From positions 110,362,001-110,426,000 of the forward strand of contig NC_086108.1 in the NCBI RefSeq assembly GCF_963921235.1: 64,000 nt of DNA. Reading direction: 5' to 3'. Below the pieces are notes generated by a model. That model had not been told where the DNA came from. It saw only the letters and a list, made by a program, of their open reading frames with translations, and ran no database searches. Origin of the DNA: Mobula hypostoma. Its lineage: Eukaryota. The translations under genes and the position numbers were made by a program. Of the stretch, positions 13,347 to 26,014 are shown in pieces. How positions within the stretch are numbered: the first letter of the stretch is position 1; each line of letters starts with the position of its first letter.

Positions 13347-14956
13347 AGTATGGGTAGAAGTCAGGAGAATGTGGTTGAGAGAGGTAATAAATCAGACATG
13401 ATTTAATTTGCGGAGTAGACTTGATAGACTGACTGGTCTAATTCTGTTCCTACGTCTAAGGTCTTATGGCTGATATTTTTCCCTTTCAACCGTATTCTCC
13501 TGTAACCTTTGATATCCTTACAAATATCTATCAGTACCTATCAGCCTCCGCTTTAAGAGACTATTGAAGAGTGATATTTAAGAGGCCTTTAGATGAAGAA
13601 ATAAATATGCAGGGAATGGTGTGACGTAAGTAATGTGCAGGCAGAAGATGTTCAGTTTAATTGGTTATGGTTTGCACAGACATTGTGGGCTGAAGGGCCT
13701 GGCTCTGTGCTGTACTGTTCTATGCTCTTGACGACCCAGGTTCAATCTGTTGCTGCTGAAGGTTGTACATTCTCCCTGTGACCTTATGGATTTTCTCCGG
13801 TACCCCACTTTCCTCCCACATTCCAAAGATGTACGGGTTAGTTGGTTAATTGGTCCCATGGGCAATGGGCATAGTTGGGCCAGAGAGGCCTGTTAGCATG
13901 CTATATCTTTAAATAAATGACCAAGCTGAATAATTTTAAAATAAGTTTTGTGTGGTAATCTGAATCAGTTATTATCACTGATTTATATGATGTGAATTTT
14001 TTTTGTGGCAGCATTGCAGTGCAAGACATGATTACTATAAATTATAAAATAGTGCCCAAAAAAGGAATAATGAGATAGTGTTCAAGGGTCCATGGACAGT
14101 TCAGAAATCTGGTGGTAGACGGGAAGAAGCTGTTCCTGAATCACTGAGTGTGGCTCTTCAGGCTCCTGTTCCTCCTCCCTAATGGTAGTAATGAGAAGAG
14201 GACATGTCCCAAATCTCACTTAGCATGCAGGCATCATTCCAAAGAACAAGAGTGCTAATAGAATTGGCACTGGAAATGTCATTAGGTTCTTTAGTGACAG
14301 CTGGAATCCTGGTACCACACCCCTGCCCTCACTGTTTCTGTGCCAGTTATGTGTCATGAATTCCTGCCCACTGCACTGCTCCCCTGGAATGAACCTGTGC
14401 CCTCATCTCTCAGCAAACCTACCAACGCTCAGTGCGAAGATGTTGGTGATGTGTGAGTTGTGCTAACTCGCAGTGCCAGAGGCCTGGGTTTGGTCCTGAC
14501 CTTGGGGACTGTCTGTGTGGAGTTTGCACGTACTGTCTAGGATTATGTCATGTTCTGGACTCTGGAGGTGCAGTTCATTTTGTGTGAACATTACTTCCGG
14601 TATGTAAGTTGTTTTTCATCCCATATCCTGCATGAGTTAGTTTGATTCGATTTGCTGCACACAGTGGAAATACACACATCCCATCTACTCTTTATTTGCC
14701 TTTGAAATAATAACATCTTTTCAAAAGTAAAAGATTTCATTCAACATCCCGAACAAAAAACTTCTGTCCCGGGTGATTTTTGAGAATCTGTTTAACTCAC
14801 TGCATAGCTGTGTACCTACGCACTACGAGGACAGGGTTTAATTTGTTACCGATTTCTGGTAGCGTAGTGGTTAGCACAATTGATTTACAGCACTAGTGAT
14901 CACCAAGTCAGTGTTCAATTCCCGCCACTGTCAGTAAATTGTTTGTATATTCTCCC

Positions 14957-15431
14957 TGTTGTGACTGTGAACAAAGTCATTGGAGAGACACTGAAGCTGG
15001 TGAATATTGGAGTCTTTATTCAGCCAAACAAGCAGGAATCATACTGGAGACACTCTTGAAAGAAGTGGCCTCCTGACCCAATATTACATCACATTTTATA
15101 TGTTAGAGAACAAAGGTAACAAGACAATTTCTATAGTTACAATGCATTCATAATGCTTCATTTGAGTTTCAAACATGTAGATCTTCACACCAATGCACCC
15201 AAAGTGAGCATTAATCACCTCTGTCTCTGCAGCTGCATTTGTGCATATGTAGACACCTCAGCTAAATGGATGTTTCCTGGTTTGCGATCAATTGTAATCT
15301 GCAGCTTCAAGAACACCGTTGTTCTGAGCTACATTTTAAATTCAGTCTACAATCCGCATTCAGATTTGAAGACTGGATACCGTTAAAATTTATATTTACT
15401 ATATTGCATATCTCCAAAATATGCCTTAACA
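14957..15431 (-). mobile_element. Solo LTR (475 bp) inserted in a V-SINE
   Basis: TGTT...AACA termini. 5-bp TSD CTCCC at 14952-56 and 15432-36. SINE sequence resumes across the insert. Minus-strand TATAAAA and AATAAA. Confidence 0.8.
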
Positions 15432-16027
15432 CTCCCTGTGATCAGATGGGCTTCTTCCTGGTGCTGTGGTTTCTTCCCACTTTCCAAAGACGCAAGGTTC
15501 GGGTTAATAAGTTGTAGGTATGCCATGTTGGCGCCAGAACTATGGTGACACTTGTGGGCTAACCCCAGCACATCCTTGGACTATGTCCATCAGGAAGAAG
15601 GTACAGAAGCCTGAAGGCACACACTCAACAATTCAGGAACAGCTTCTTTCCCTCTGCCATCTGTTTTCTGAATGAAAATTGAACCCATGAACACTACCTC
15701 ACTACTTTTTTACTTCTATTTTGCACTACTAATTTAATGTAACTATTTACTGTATACTTTTTTTTTACTGTCAATCACATTTTTTCTAGTATTATGTATT
15801 GCTTTGCACTGCTGCTGCAAAGACAAGCAATTTCAATACATGTGCCAGTGATACTAAACCTGATTGTGGTTCTGATTCTGTTGGCTGTTGACACAAGTGA
15901 CGCATTTCGATGTATGTTTTCATGATTTGATATACATGTAACAAACACTTCTTTAATCTTTACTTTAAATAGCCCAGTGCAAATTTTGTTCTCATTTGTT
16001 AATTGATACATCTGATTTTTCTGTTAA

Positions 16028-16192
<165 letters not shown>

Positions 16193-18082
16193 TGATGTTC
16201 AGAGGCAGGAATGATTTCTGAAGTTCTCCTGCAGAAATTGATCAACTTTTGAATTCTTATTTGACTGTACATTAATGCATCCTTCAAATGAAGGAAGAAT
16301 GATTGAAGTGACTGTACATTTAATATTTTCTACGTCAGTAACTTTGTTATTTTTGGAAAAAGCACTGTGAGCTTGGTGGATTATTTTGGTGACCTCTGAG
16401 CTAACCTTCCCCAAAACTCAAGCACTATTTTTAATGAGTCCCTTATTGAGTGAGGACATATACAACATATAGTTAAATATACAACAGTATTACTGTTACT
16501 GGCACAGTCATAAATAATGTGTACTAAGTGGTAGAGAGTGTTTTCCACACTCACATTTTCCCAGTCAAATTGGGAAATAGAAATACTAAAAATGATGTCA
16601 TGGTTAAGATGGACTTGAATTTATTTCACATCTTTTGTTTGTCATTAATCATTGCAAATATTCTGAAAATCAAATGCCAATTTTGGCATTTCACATTACT
16701 GATTTTTATCATCACTGTAAATGATTGCAATTCTTTTCTTTATCTCTCTGATTACAATAGCTCCGATTATGCAATCTGTAAAGAAAAAACAACCAGTATT
16801 TGAGATCTGTCAATTAGTCTCAATAGTACTGTCTTGTGGGAATGTGGTTTATCCACCAGTCTTCTACCATCACACCTTCTACCCCTGTCATTCAATGATT
16901 TTTAGTGGAAAGCATGATTTTTTTTATTTGTGTTTTGAAGATTTTCCTTCCATATCCAATTTCCATTTTTCTTTACAATAGTATAGTGATTCCTGTGCTG
17001 TAACCAGTATACGGTACTGTTCTGAACTCAAATCCAACTGTGGTAGGACAGAAATTAGCAAACTGGCACTAGGTAATAATGAGGGTCGCCGATTATTATA
17101 TACACTCACCTAATATTCTTCAGTAAAGAAAATAAGCACCCATGTCCTATCTGGTTTGTTGTTAAAGTCAAGAATTTATTATCATATCAACCATCAAGAA
17201 CATACATAGAAAGGTGCTGGAAATGACCCAGTAACATCAAGAAGGATCCCACCCATCCTGCTCATGGATTGTTTGTCCTACTTTCTACGTAGCATCTATG
17301 CCAGGACCACCAGACACAAAAAACCATTACTTTCCCCAAGCAGCAAGGCTGATCAACACCACCTCCCACTAACCCACCCCTCCACACCCCCAACCACCAC
17401 TACTTTATCATTTCCTGTCAGTCATGTTACGTACAGACACTTCTGTGTCTAGCATCACTTTATGAACATAGGATCAACATAAGTATATAAGTTATTTATC
17501 TATATTCATTGTGGAGGTTTTTTGTGCTGCATCAGATAATTATTTCATTCTCCTTTACACTTGTGTACTGGAAATGACATTAAACAATCCTGAATCTTGA
17601 ATCTGCACAAGTCCATGTGTGCACAGGTACAATGAAAACATACCTGCAGCAACATCACAGGCACAGAGCTTAAGATAAGCAGCATTCACAAAAAAAAATC
17701 TTAAATTCATCATACATTTAACACAAGTTTTACAAGAATGAATATAATTAGAACAAAAGAGAACAAAGTCCATTTTCACATAGTGATCATAGCGTTTTTA
17801 AACTCTGGTGGTTAGGGTTGTGCCAGTTGGTTAAAGAACCAAATAGTTGAGGGGAAGTAATTGTTCATGAACCTGCTGGTGTAGGAGTTGAGGCTTCTGT
17901 ACCACCTGCTCGATATTAGCTGTTAGATCATTAATGCAATCTTTTACCAGCAGAGTTTTTAAAACAAGTGACCTGTCCATAAGTGTACCAAAAGGCAAAC
18001 AGTTGGGCCCAACTGTTGTTTGTTTATGTGTAAAGTTAATGTTTTTAAAATTAAGTTGTAAATCACCTTCATAAATCAAAGT

Positions 18083-18710
18083 CATTGAGTACTGGAGTTG
18101 GGATGTTATGTTGAAGTTGTATAAGACATTGATGAGGCTAATTTGGAGTATTGTGTGCAGTTTTGGTCACTTACCTGCTGGAAAGATATCAGTAAGATTG
18201 AAAGAGTGCAGAGGAAATTTACAAGAATGTTGTTGGGACCTGAGGACTTAAGTTATATGGAAAGGTTGAACAGGTTAGGTCTTTGTTCCCTAGAGCATAG
18301 AATGAGGAGAGATTGATAGAGGTTTACAAAATTATGAGGGGTAAAGATAAGGTAAATGTAAGCAGACTTTTTCCACTGAGGTTGAGTGAGACTAGATAGA
18401 ACTAAAGGTCATGGGTAAGGGTGAAAGGTGAAATGTTTAAGGCAGGGGTTTCCAAACCCCTTGGTAAATGGTATGGGCTATGGCATAGAACAGGTTGTGA
18501 ATGCCTGATTAAGGGGAACATGAGGAACTCAGCAGTTGGTGCAAGTGGTGGATGTGAGGTCAATTGCAACAATTACAGACATTTAGATAAGTACATGGAT
18601 GGGACTGTTTGGAGGGCTATGGTCCAGGTGTAGCTTGATAGACTAGGCAGGGTTATAGTTCAGCATGGACTGGATGGGCCTGTGTATGTGCTGTATTAGT
18701 CTATGATTCT
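18083..18710 (+). mobile_element. Old CR1 3' fragment
   Basis: Degenerate IEY..WDVMLKLYK..EYCVQFWS..ERVQRKFTR-coding sequence and CR1-type tail. Confidence 0.75.
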
Positions 18711-18981
18711 AAAACAAAAATACAGATGCTTGAAATCTGGAATAAAAAAGATGAATATATTTTACAGACCAGGCAGCATCTGTGGAAAGAAAAACAATGG
18801 TTGATGCTTCAGGTTGATTATCTTTTGGGACAGTTTTAATAATGAACTAGCAGCATTCTGTCACACTTTCACTCTCCAGTGATCCAGTCTGATATCATTT
18901 TCAGCTTTTATTTAAAACTAAATTTAAACTTACAAAGAGATGTAACTGGTTCCACTTGATATTTACCCCATGCATTTGTAG

Positions 18982-19083
<102 letters not shown>

Positions 19084-19931
19084 TGAAACAGGAATAGATT
19101 CCTCAGTACATAACAGTCCAGTATGGATTGCATGGTAGTGTAGAGGTTAATGCAATTGCTTTACAGCACCAGCAATACCCGATCAGGGTGCAATTTCCAC
19201 CCGCTGTCTCATAGGAGTTTTACGTTCTCCCTGTAACCACATGTGAGCTTCTCTGGGTGTTTCGGTCTTCTCCCAGATCTCAAAGATATGTTGGTTAGGG
19301 TTAATAACTTGTGGGCTGACGCCAGCACATCCCCGAACTGTGTTGGTTGTTGACACAAAATGACTTATTTAACTGTATGTTTCAGTGTACATATGACAAA
19401 TAAAGGTAACCTTTATCTTTAATCTTTATAGCTGCTGCCTTTCTCTGACCATGAGACAGTGTCATGAGGTGCTGCAGTACATGTGGCAATGGTCCTTGCA
19501 CACTTTTTGGAGGAGTATTAAGGGTTAGATTATGATGTCGTGACCATGAACAGCAACATATCAGCAAGTCAGAAGGGAGTGTGACATGGAGAGAAACATC
19601 TAGGTCCACTGTTTTTGTCCTTTGTGATAGGAGGTTTGGGAAGGCTTATGAGTGACATGGGTGATCGTGGTCTTTGACCATGATTGTTCTTGGCAAACCT
19701 TTGTAGAGAGTGGTTTTCCATTGCTGCCTTCTAGGCAGTGACTTACAAGATGGGTGACCCCAATCATTATCAATACTCTTCAAAGATTGTTTACCTGGTG
19801 TCAGTGGTTGCATCACCAGACTTGTGATATGCATTGTACTTTATAATCTTTTATTTTGAGAAAATGTAATTAGTTTTGTGCTCCCACATTGTATAGAGTG
19901 CCTGAATGTTTTTGTATGTTGCAATTTGTAG

Positions 19932-20054
19932 GGCTATAACAAAGCAGTGGACTGGTGGGCACTGGGGGTTCTAATCTATGAAATGGCAGCTGGATACCCC
20001 CCATTCTTTGCAGACCAGCCGATACAGATCTATGAAAAGATTGTCTCTGGAAAG
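19932..20054 (+). CDS. PRKACB: PKA-C coding exon 8: [41 protein letters not shown]
   Basis: 123 nt, tgtag| ... |gtgaag. Partly captured by ORF 19947..20186. Confidence 0.96.
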
Positions 20055-21942
20055 GTGAAGTTGGATTTTAATTTTTTTTCAAGACTCCTATCTTTTCTTT
20101 CTCATTTTGCTAATTTACCATTCTGTGTTGTGTTGCTACCACTTCATAGTGTTTATAGTTTTCTCATCCGCTCCACTATTTACTAAGTGTCAGAATCAGA
20201 TTTATGATCACTGACTTACATAGCAGGTAATTTGCCTTTTGTGGTAGCAGTACGAGGCAAAGACATTAAAAAAATTACTGTAAATTGCATAAATACAGCA
20301 TAGAATAAAAACAGCAATAACCAAGTAGTGTTCATGGACCTTGCAGAAACCTGATGGCGGATGGGAAGAAGCTGTTCCAGGATCATTAGATTGTCAGTCT
20401 TCATGCTGCTGTAGCTCCCCGCAGAAGGTGGGGCGCAGATGGTGAGGGTCTTTAATGAATAGACGGGCATCCCTTTAGAACAGAGATGAAGAGGAATTTC
20501 TTTAGCCAGAGGGGGGTAAATCTGTGGAATTCATTGCTGTAGATGGATGTGGAGGCCAAGTAATTAGGTATATGTAAAGTGGAGGTTGATAGGTTCTTGA
20601 TTACTTAGGGCGTCAAACATTGCCGGGAGAAGGCAGGAAAATGATGTTGAGAGGAGTAATAAATCAGTCATAATGGAATGGCAGACAAGACTCAATGGGC
20701 CAAATAGCCTAGTTCTTCTCCTGTGTCTTATGTTCTTATAAGGGTGGAACTTACTTTAAACGATATCCTCAGTGGTTGGAGGGTTGTGCCTGTGATACAG
20801 CAGTCTGCTGCCTCTGTGCAGTGGCACCTTCATACCAGATGGTGATGCAACCAGGCAGAATCACCTGAATAAAAATGCTAGTCTTTGGTGACATACTAAA
20901 TTTCCAATCCCTAAGGAGGTATAGGTGCTGGCATGCCTTCTTTGTGATTGTACCTGTACCTCCTCCCCAATGGTAGTAATGAGAAGAAGGTATGTCCCAG
21001 ATGGTGAGAGTCTTCAGTCATAAGTGTTCATAATGTTCCATCCAGTGGTTGGGTGGGTATAATGCAATGCTAAATTGGTTTGTTACTGTCACATATACTA
21101 GGGTATTGTGAAAAACTTGTGTGCTGTTCATACTAATCAATTCATTACAACAGTACATCGAGATAGTATAAGGTTAAACAATAGCAGAATGCAGAAGAAA
21201 GTGTTACAGTTAGAGAGAAAGCACAGCACAGGTAAACAAGGTGCAAGGCCTTAATGAGGTAGTGAGGTGAAGAATCCATCTTATTCTGCAGTGGCCCATT
21301 CAGTACTCTTATATAGTGGGGTAGAAGCTGTCCTTGATCCTGGTGGGACATGCTTCCTGACTGTATTGGACAGAGTCCATGGAGAGGAGTTTTCTCTGAT
21401 GTGCACAGCTTTAAGGCAGGTTTGTGGTAATTCTGCTGAAGTCTTGTCAAATGACAGAGCAGACAAGAGGGCCCAAATGGCCTCCTGTTCTCTTGTGTTC
21501 TTTTATTAGTGGTCAGTTGGTGAATGAGGAGGAGGAAACATTCACCCTTCAAAATCCCTCTTAGTAGACAGGCATCTGCCAATTGTGGGGTATGTAGTTC
21601 CATTTGCCCGAGAGATGGTTACTGCACACAAATTCATCTAAAGCAGCTTGAGACTTTGGATACTGGAGCTAATACCCTTTGTATGGAAAACTTTGCCCCT
21701 CAGGTTCCTATGAAATCTCTCCCCTCTCATCTTAAACCTATGCCCTCAAGTTCTTGATTCCTCAATATTGGAAAAAGACTGTGCATTCACCCAATCTATG
21801 CCCCTTGTGATATTATGCAACTCTATATCATCCCTCATATCCTACGTTCCAATGAATAAACTCCAAGCCTTCACAACCTCTCTCCATAACTCAATCTCTC
21901 AGTTACCAGCAACATCCTTGTAACATGGAACATTACAGCACA

Positions 21943-22789
21943 TGTGACAAAAGACCAAGTTATCAGAAGATTGATACTGATAAGAGAGACAAAGAGAGAA
22001 ACATTCCAAATGTTAATGAGAGACAAGAGAGATTAATGAAAAGAGACACAGTTCCAAGTATTGTCAGACCGGTTGCTTTGAACCTGAACTGTTTGAAGTT
22101 TGATGGACAGGCGATACCCCAGCAGGGGGATAAAAGGAACAGGTTCGCTAAGGTAAGCGACACACCACGACACCACGAGATAACGAGACCCTGGAAGTGC
22201 ATTGTGCCCACCCCCACCCCCCCACAAGTTGGTGGAAGTTTTGGAGGTCTGGTCGCGGGACCGACCATAGACGCACAGGGTGGAAGGGTACGATCGGCGG
22301 GAACCTGGTGTGTGTGTCCGCCCTTGCCTGGGTGCCGGGTTCACCGCAGAAGAACGATCGTATCCGGAACGGAGGGGTCACAGTCGGTGACCTCAGAAGA
22401 CATTACAAAGGGCTCGCCCGAAAGCTAACTGCGAGGAATATCAAAGGTCTGTTTGAATCCGATTTGAATATCATCATTTGCTCGCTCTCTCTCTCTCTCT
22501 CTCTCCCCAACGGCACAACAGCGATTACTGCGAACTGAACTAAACCGAACTGAACTCTGCGACTGATCATTTTTACCCCTAGACTGCGATAGAGCTTGAT
22601 TGATCCTATTATCTTAGTTCTGTGTACATGTGTGTTTTATCATTGCTAACCTGTTGCATTTATATCCTTATGATTAGAGTACTGTGTTACTTATTTCTTT
22701 AATAAAACTTTCTTAGTTCCAGTAATCCAGACTCCAACTAAGTGGTCCATGTGTGCTGGTTTGGCAACCCAGTTACAGGGTACGTAACA
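21943..22789 (+). repeat. 5' LTR (847 bp)
   Basis: Direct repeat of 26015-26847, TG...CA ends, AATAAA at 22701. Confidence 0.95.
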
Positions 22790-22793
22790 TAAG

Positions 22794-22813
22794 TGGAGTT
22801 CTCGTCCGGGATT
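22794..22813 (+). promoter_or_regulatory. Primer-binding site, tRNA-Pro-like
   Basis: TGGAGTTCTCGTCCGGGATT 4 nt after the 5' LTR, compared with the tRNA-Pro complement TGGGGGCTCGTCCGGGATT. The 5' part is degenerate. Confidence 0.75.
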
Positions 22814-22888
22814 TTGAACGCTAAATTTGGGACGAGGTAAATTGATTGGGTTAAAATTCCTGAAAGAAAGAAAAGGCAAACAGCAGAA

Positions 22889-24559
22889 ATGGAGATTGAG
22901 GAATTTCTAAAGGCGCTGACCTTGGAGGCATTGGAGGATGCCAGGAAAGCGGAATTGGCAGCTGTGGCCAAACGGTTGAATCTTTTTAAGGGGAAGTCGA
23001 CAATGAGGAGAGAGGAGATGCACAGAGCTATCATAGAGCATTATGTGTCTAAAGGTGTGTTTCCCCAAGGGGAGCTGGAGGTGATATCTATTGGAAACCC
23101 TGGTGGAGACGCAGTACAGGTGCAGATTGAAAAATTGAGACTCGAGCACGAGTTCCGGGTAAGGCAGCTAGAACACAAAGAGGAACAGTTAGAACGGCAA
23201 GAGAGAGAGAGGCAGTTGGAGAAACAGAGGGAAAGGGAATTTGAGCTGGAGAGGTTAAAGATGACGGCAGCGCAGGGGCCCATGCCGAACCAAGGTGGAG
23301 GGTTCAGGGCGACCCAGGAGGTTAGGCTGGTTCCCCCATTTGACGAGACCGATGTTGATCGGTACTTTCTCCATTTTGAAAAAGTTGCTGCAAGTCAGGA
23401 CTGGCCGAGAGATAAGTGGGCTGTTTTGCTTCAGTGTGTACTTAAAGGAAAAGCCCAACAAGCTTACTCGGCTTTGTCCGCAGAAGATGCCCAGAGGTAT
23501 GAGGTGGTGAAAGAGGCCATACTCAGGATTTATGAGTTGGTCCCGGAGGCATACCGGCAGAGGTTCCGGAATCCGAGGAAGCAGTGGGGCCGCACGTATT
23601 TATAGTTTGCCCATGAGCAGCAGACATATTGTGAGCGTTGGTACACCTCGAAAGGGGTCATTGGGGATTATGACAGAGTGCTACAGCTCATCCTGATTGA
23701 GCAGTTTAAAGGTTGTGTCCCTGAAGGTATGAGACCCTACCTAGATGAGAAAGAGGCAGACACTTTAGCCACAACTGCTAAGTTAGCGGATGAGTACACG
23801 TTGACACATAAAATGAAGTTTACCCCGAGTAAAGGCTACCAGAAGGGTAGTCAGGACGGCGGGGAGAGTCCGCCAGAAAAGTCAGTAAGTAAGCCGGGGA
23901 CTAGTGAGAAGGATAAGGTAGACCGGGAGCAGTTTGGTAGGAAGTCTCTTGGGGTCGTATGCTATAATTGTGGGAAAGTCGGACACTTTGCATCCAGGTG
24001 CTTTGCCCCAAAGAAGGAGACGGGAAAAGGGAAAACGACGGTTCCGTCTGGCTGTATTGAACTGGTAAATGAACCGCTAGGGGAGAAGAGGTCTGATAAA
24101 GTTCAGGAAGGGCACGAGAGACTTATCTCGGCCGGATTGGTGTTGGTGAAGGAGGGGTTAAACCCAGTTCCAGTACGGATCTGGAGAGACACTGGAGCTT
24201 GTCAGTCATTGATATTAAAGAGTGTGTTAGACTTTAGTTCAGAGACCGAGACTGGGGAGGTCAGGGTCATAAAAGGCATTGGAAAAGGGACTGAAGCAGT
24301 ACCTTTGCACCAGATACACCTACAAAGCGACTTGGTGTCCGGACCAGTCACGATCGGGATGAGGCCCGAACTACCGATGAAAGATGTGGAGGTCTTACTC
24401 GGTAATGACCTCGCCGGTGGAGAGGTGTACCCAGCAGTAAGATTGACAAGCCAGCCTGCCAGCATTGAGGCCCCGCCCATGGACTCACAGGTTTATCCCG
24501 TTTGCGCAGTGACCCGGCACGTCCAGAAAGGCTGCCGAAGTGAATGTAGATTTAGCTGA
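22889..24559 (+). pseudogene. Gag (coiled coil, SCAN-like capsid C-terminal domain, CCHC knuckle) plus aspartic protease, with one in-frame stop at 23603-23605
   Basis: ORFs 22889..23605 and 23678..24559 share a frame. Motifs PEAYRQRFR, LILIEQF, CYNCGKVGHFASRC, RDTGA and LLGND. Confidence 0.88.
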
Positions 24560-25896
24560 GACGTTTCTATCAGCCTTGTACCGGTGGGGGTTTAGAAAGT
24601 GAAAAGAAGGAGCGTAGTGAAACAGGAGGAAGTGAGGGAGTTGAGGCAGACTTAGCATTAGCAAGGAAGGACTTTATACAGGCACAGGAGCGAGACGAGG
24701 AGCTGATGGTTTTGGCGGAGATGGCTCTCTCTGAAGCAGAATTAAAAAGGGAGCCAGTGGGCTATTGTGTGGAGGAGGGAGTGCTAAGGAAGAAATGGAG
24801 ACCAAGTACCGTGCCCGCAGATGAGGAATGGGGGGTGGTACCAAAAATTTATGGGGATGAGATTCTTAACCTGGCCCACAAGATTCCCCTTGTTGGACAT
24901 TTTGGGGGGAGGAAAACAGTCGGTAGAATCATGGAAGAGTTTTACTGGCCACACAGGAGGAAGGATGTTATTGACTATTGTAGACGTGAGTTAACACAGT
25001 TAGAGTTTTTGATATGCTAACAGCTTACCATGATAGGCGAACAAACCTAGTTGGTGTTATCGCGAAAATTAATGAGGCTAGGGTGCCACCTGATAAGGGG
25101 AGGGCCCATTTTGAAAAGATAAGTGTGGTGCCGACCAGATGGGAGAACTCTATTGTGTTGACCAACTTTGCTAATGAGTTCTCTCACTTAATCCCCGAAC
25201 AAAGCGACCCGCTAAGAAAGCAAATTAAACGGCACGCACACGTATGTCCGAATGTCCCGAGGCGATGCAGAGAATCGGGACATGATATTGTTGTCACATC
25301 AGGTCAGCCTAGTGAGCAACACCCCTATAGGATGATTAAGTCAGTGACAAAAGGGCTAAAGAACGCAGAAGCGTATATTGGCGATGTAGTGGTCTGGAGT
25401 GACATGTGGGCGGAGCACATTGTGGCACTGTTTAAACGGCTGTTTGAAGCCAGCCTGACAGTGAACCTTGCAAAAAGTGAATTCAACCACGCGAAGGTCA
25501 CTTATATGGGATTTGTGGTAGGACAGGGGCAGCTGGCTCCGATGCAAGCTAAGGTGCGGGCTATCTCTGAAGTTCCCACCCCAACAGACAAGAGAGCCCT
25601 GAGAAGGTTCTTGGAGATGGTAGGGTACTATAGGAAGTTTTACAAAAAAAACACTTTGCAGATATTACCCACCCTCTTACTAAGCCCTTGCCAAAGAATG
25701 CTAAGTTGGTGTGTGGGACGACCCTTGTTATCTGTGTCCGGGACGAAAAACCACTGAGAAGTTACACTGATCACAACTCAGTGTTTTTGGCCACTATGAA
25801 ATTTGCTAAATTGGAGCCTGGTCTTAGAGGATTATTAAAATAACACATATAAAAGGAACGGAAAATGTGATTGCTGACTGTCCGTCAAGGTGTTGA
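24560..25896 (+). pseudogene. pol remnants: integrase zinc-binding stub, then RT C-terminal half, then RNase H C-terminus
   Basis: In order: LAHKIPLVGHFGGRKT..FYWP..DVIDYC; QHPYRM; AYIGDVVVWS..LTVNLAKSEF..RALRRFLEMVGYYRKF; YTDHN, LLNWSLVL and ITHIKGTENVIADCPSRC*. Confidence 0.85.
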
Positions 25897-26014
25897 CGAC
25901 CTAAAATTCTCTGTATTAGCCAAATAGCTGATGAACATGTATATTTGTGTGTATCTAATAGTGTATTCATGCCTATAATTTTTACCCCGGTAAAAATCCT
26001 TTGAAGGGTAGGGG

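Noticed and set aside
19947..20186. Stand-alone 79-aa kinase-like ORF (likewise 39432..39638)
   Set aside because: These are PRKACB exons read through into intron sequence. Canonical splice sites explain them.
22889..23800. Host SCAN-zinc-finger gene or domesticated gag
   Set aside because: Lies between LTRs with PBS, PPT and TSD, has an in-frame stop, and has no C2H2 array.
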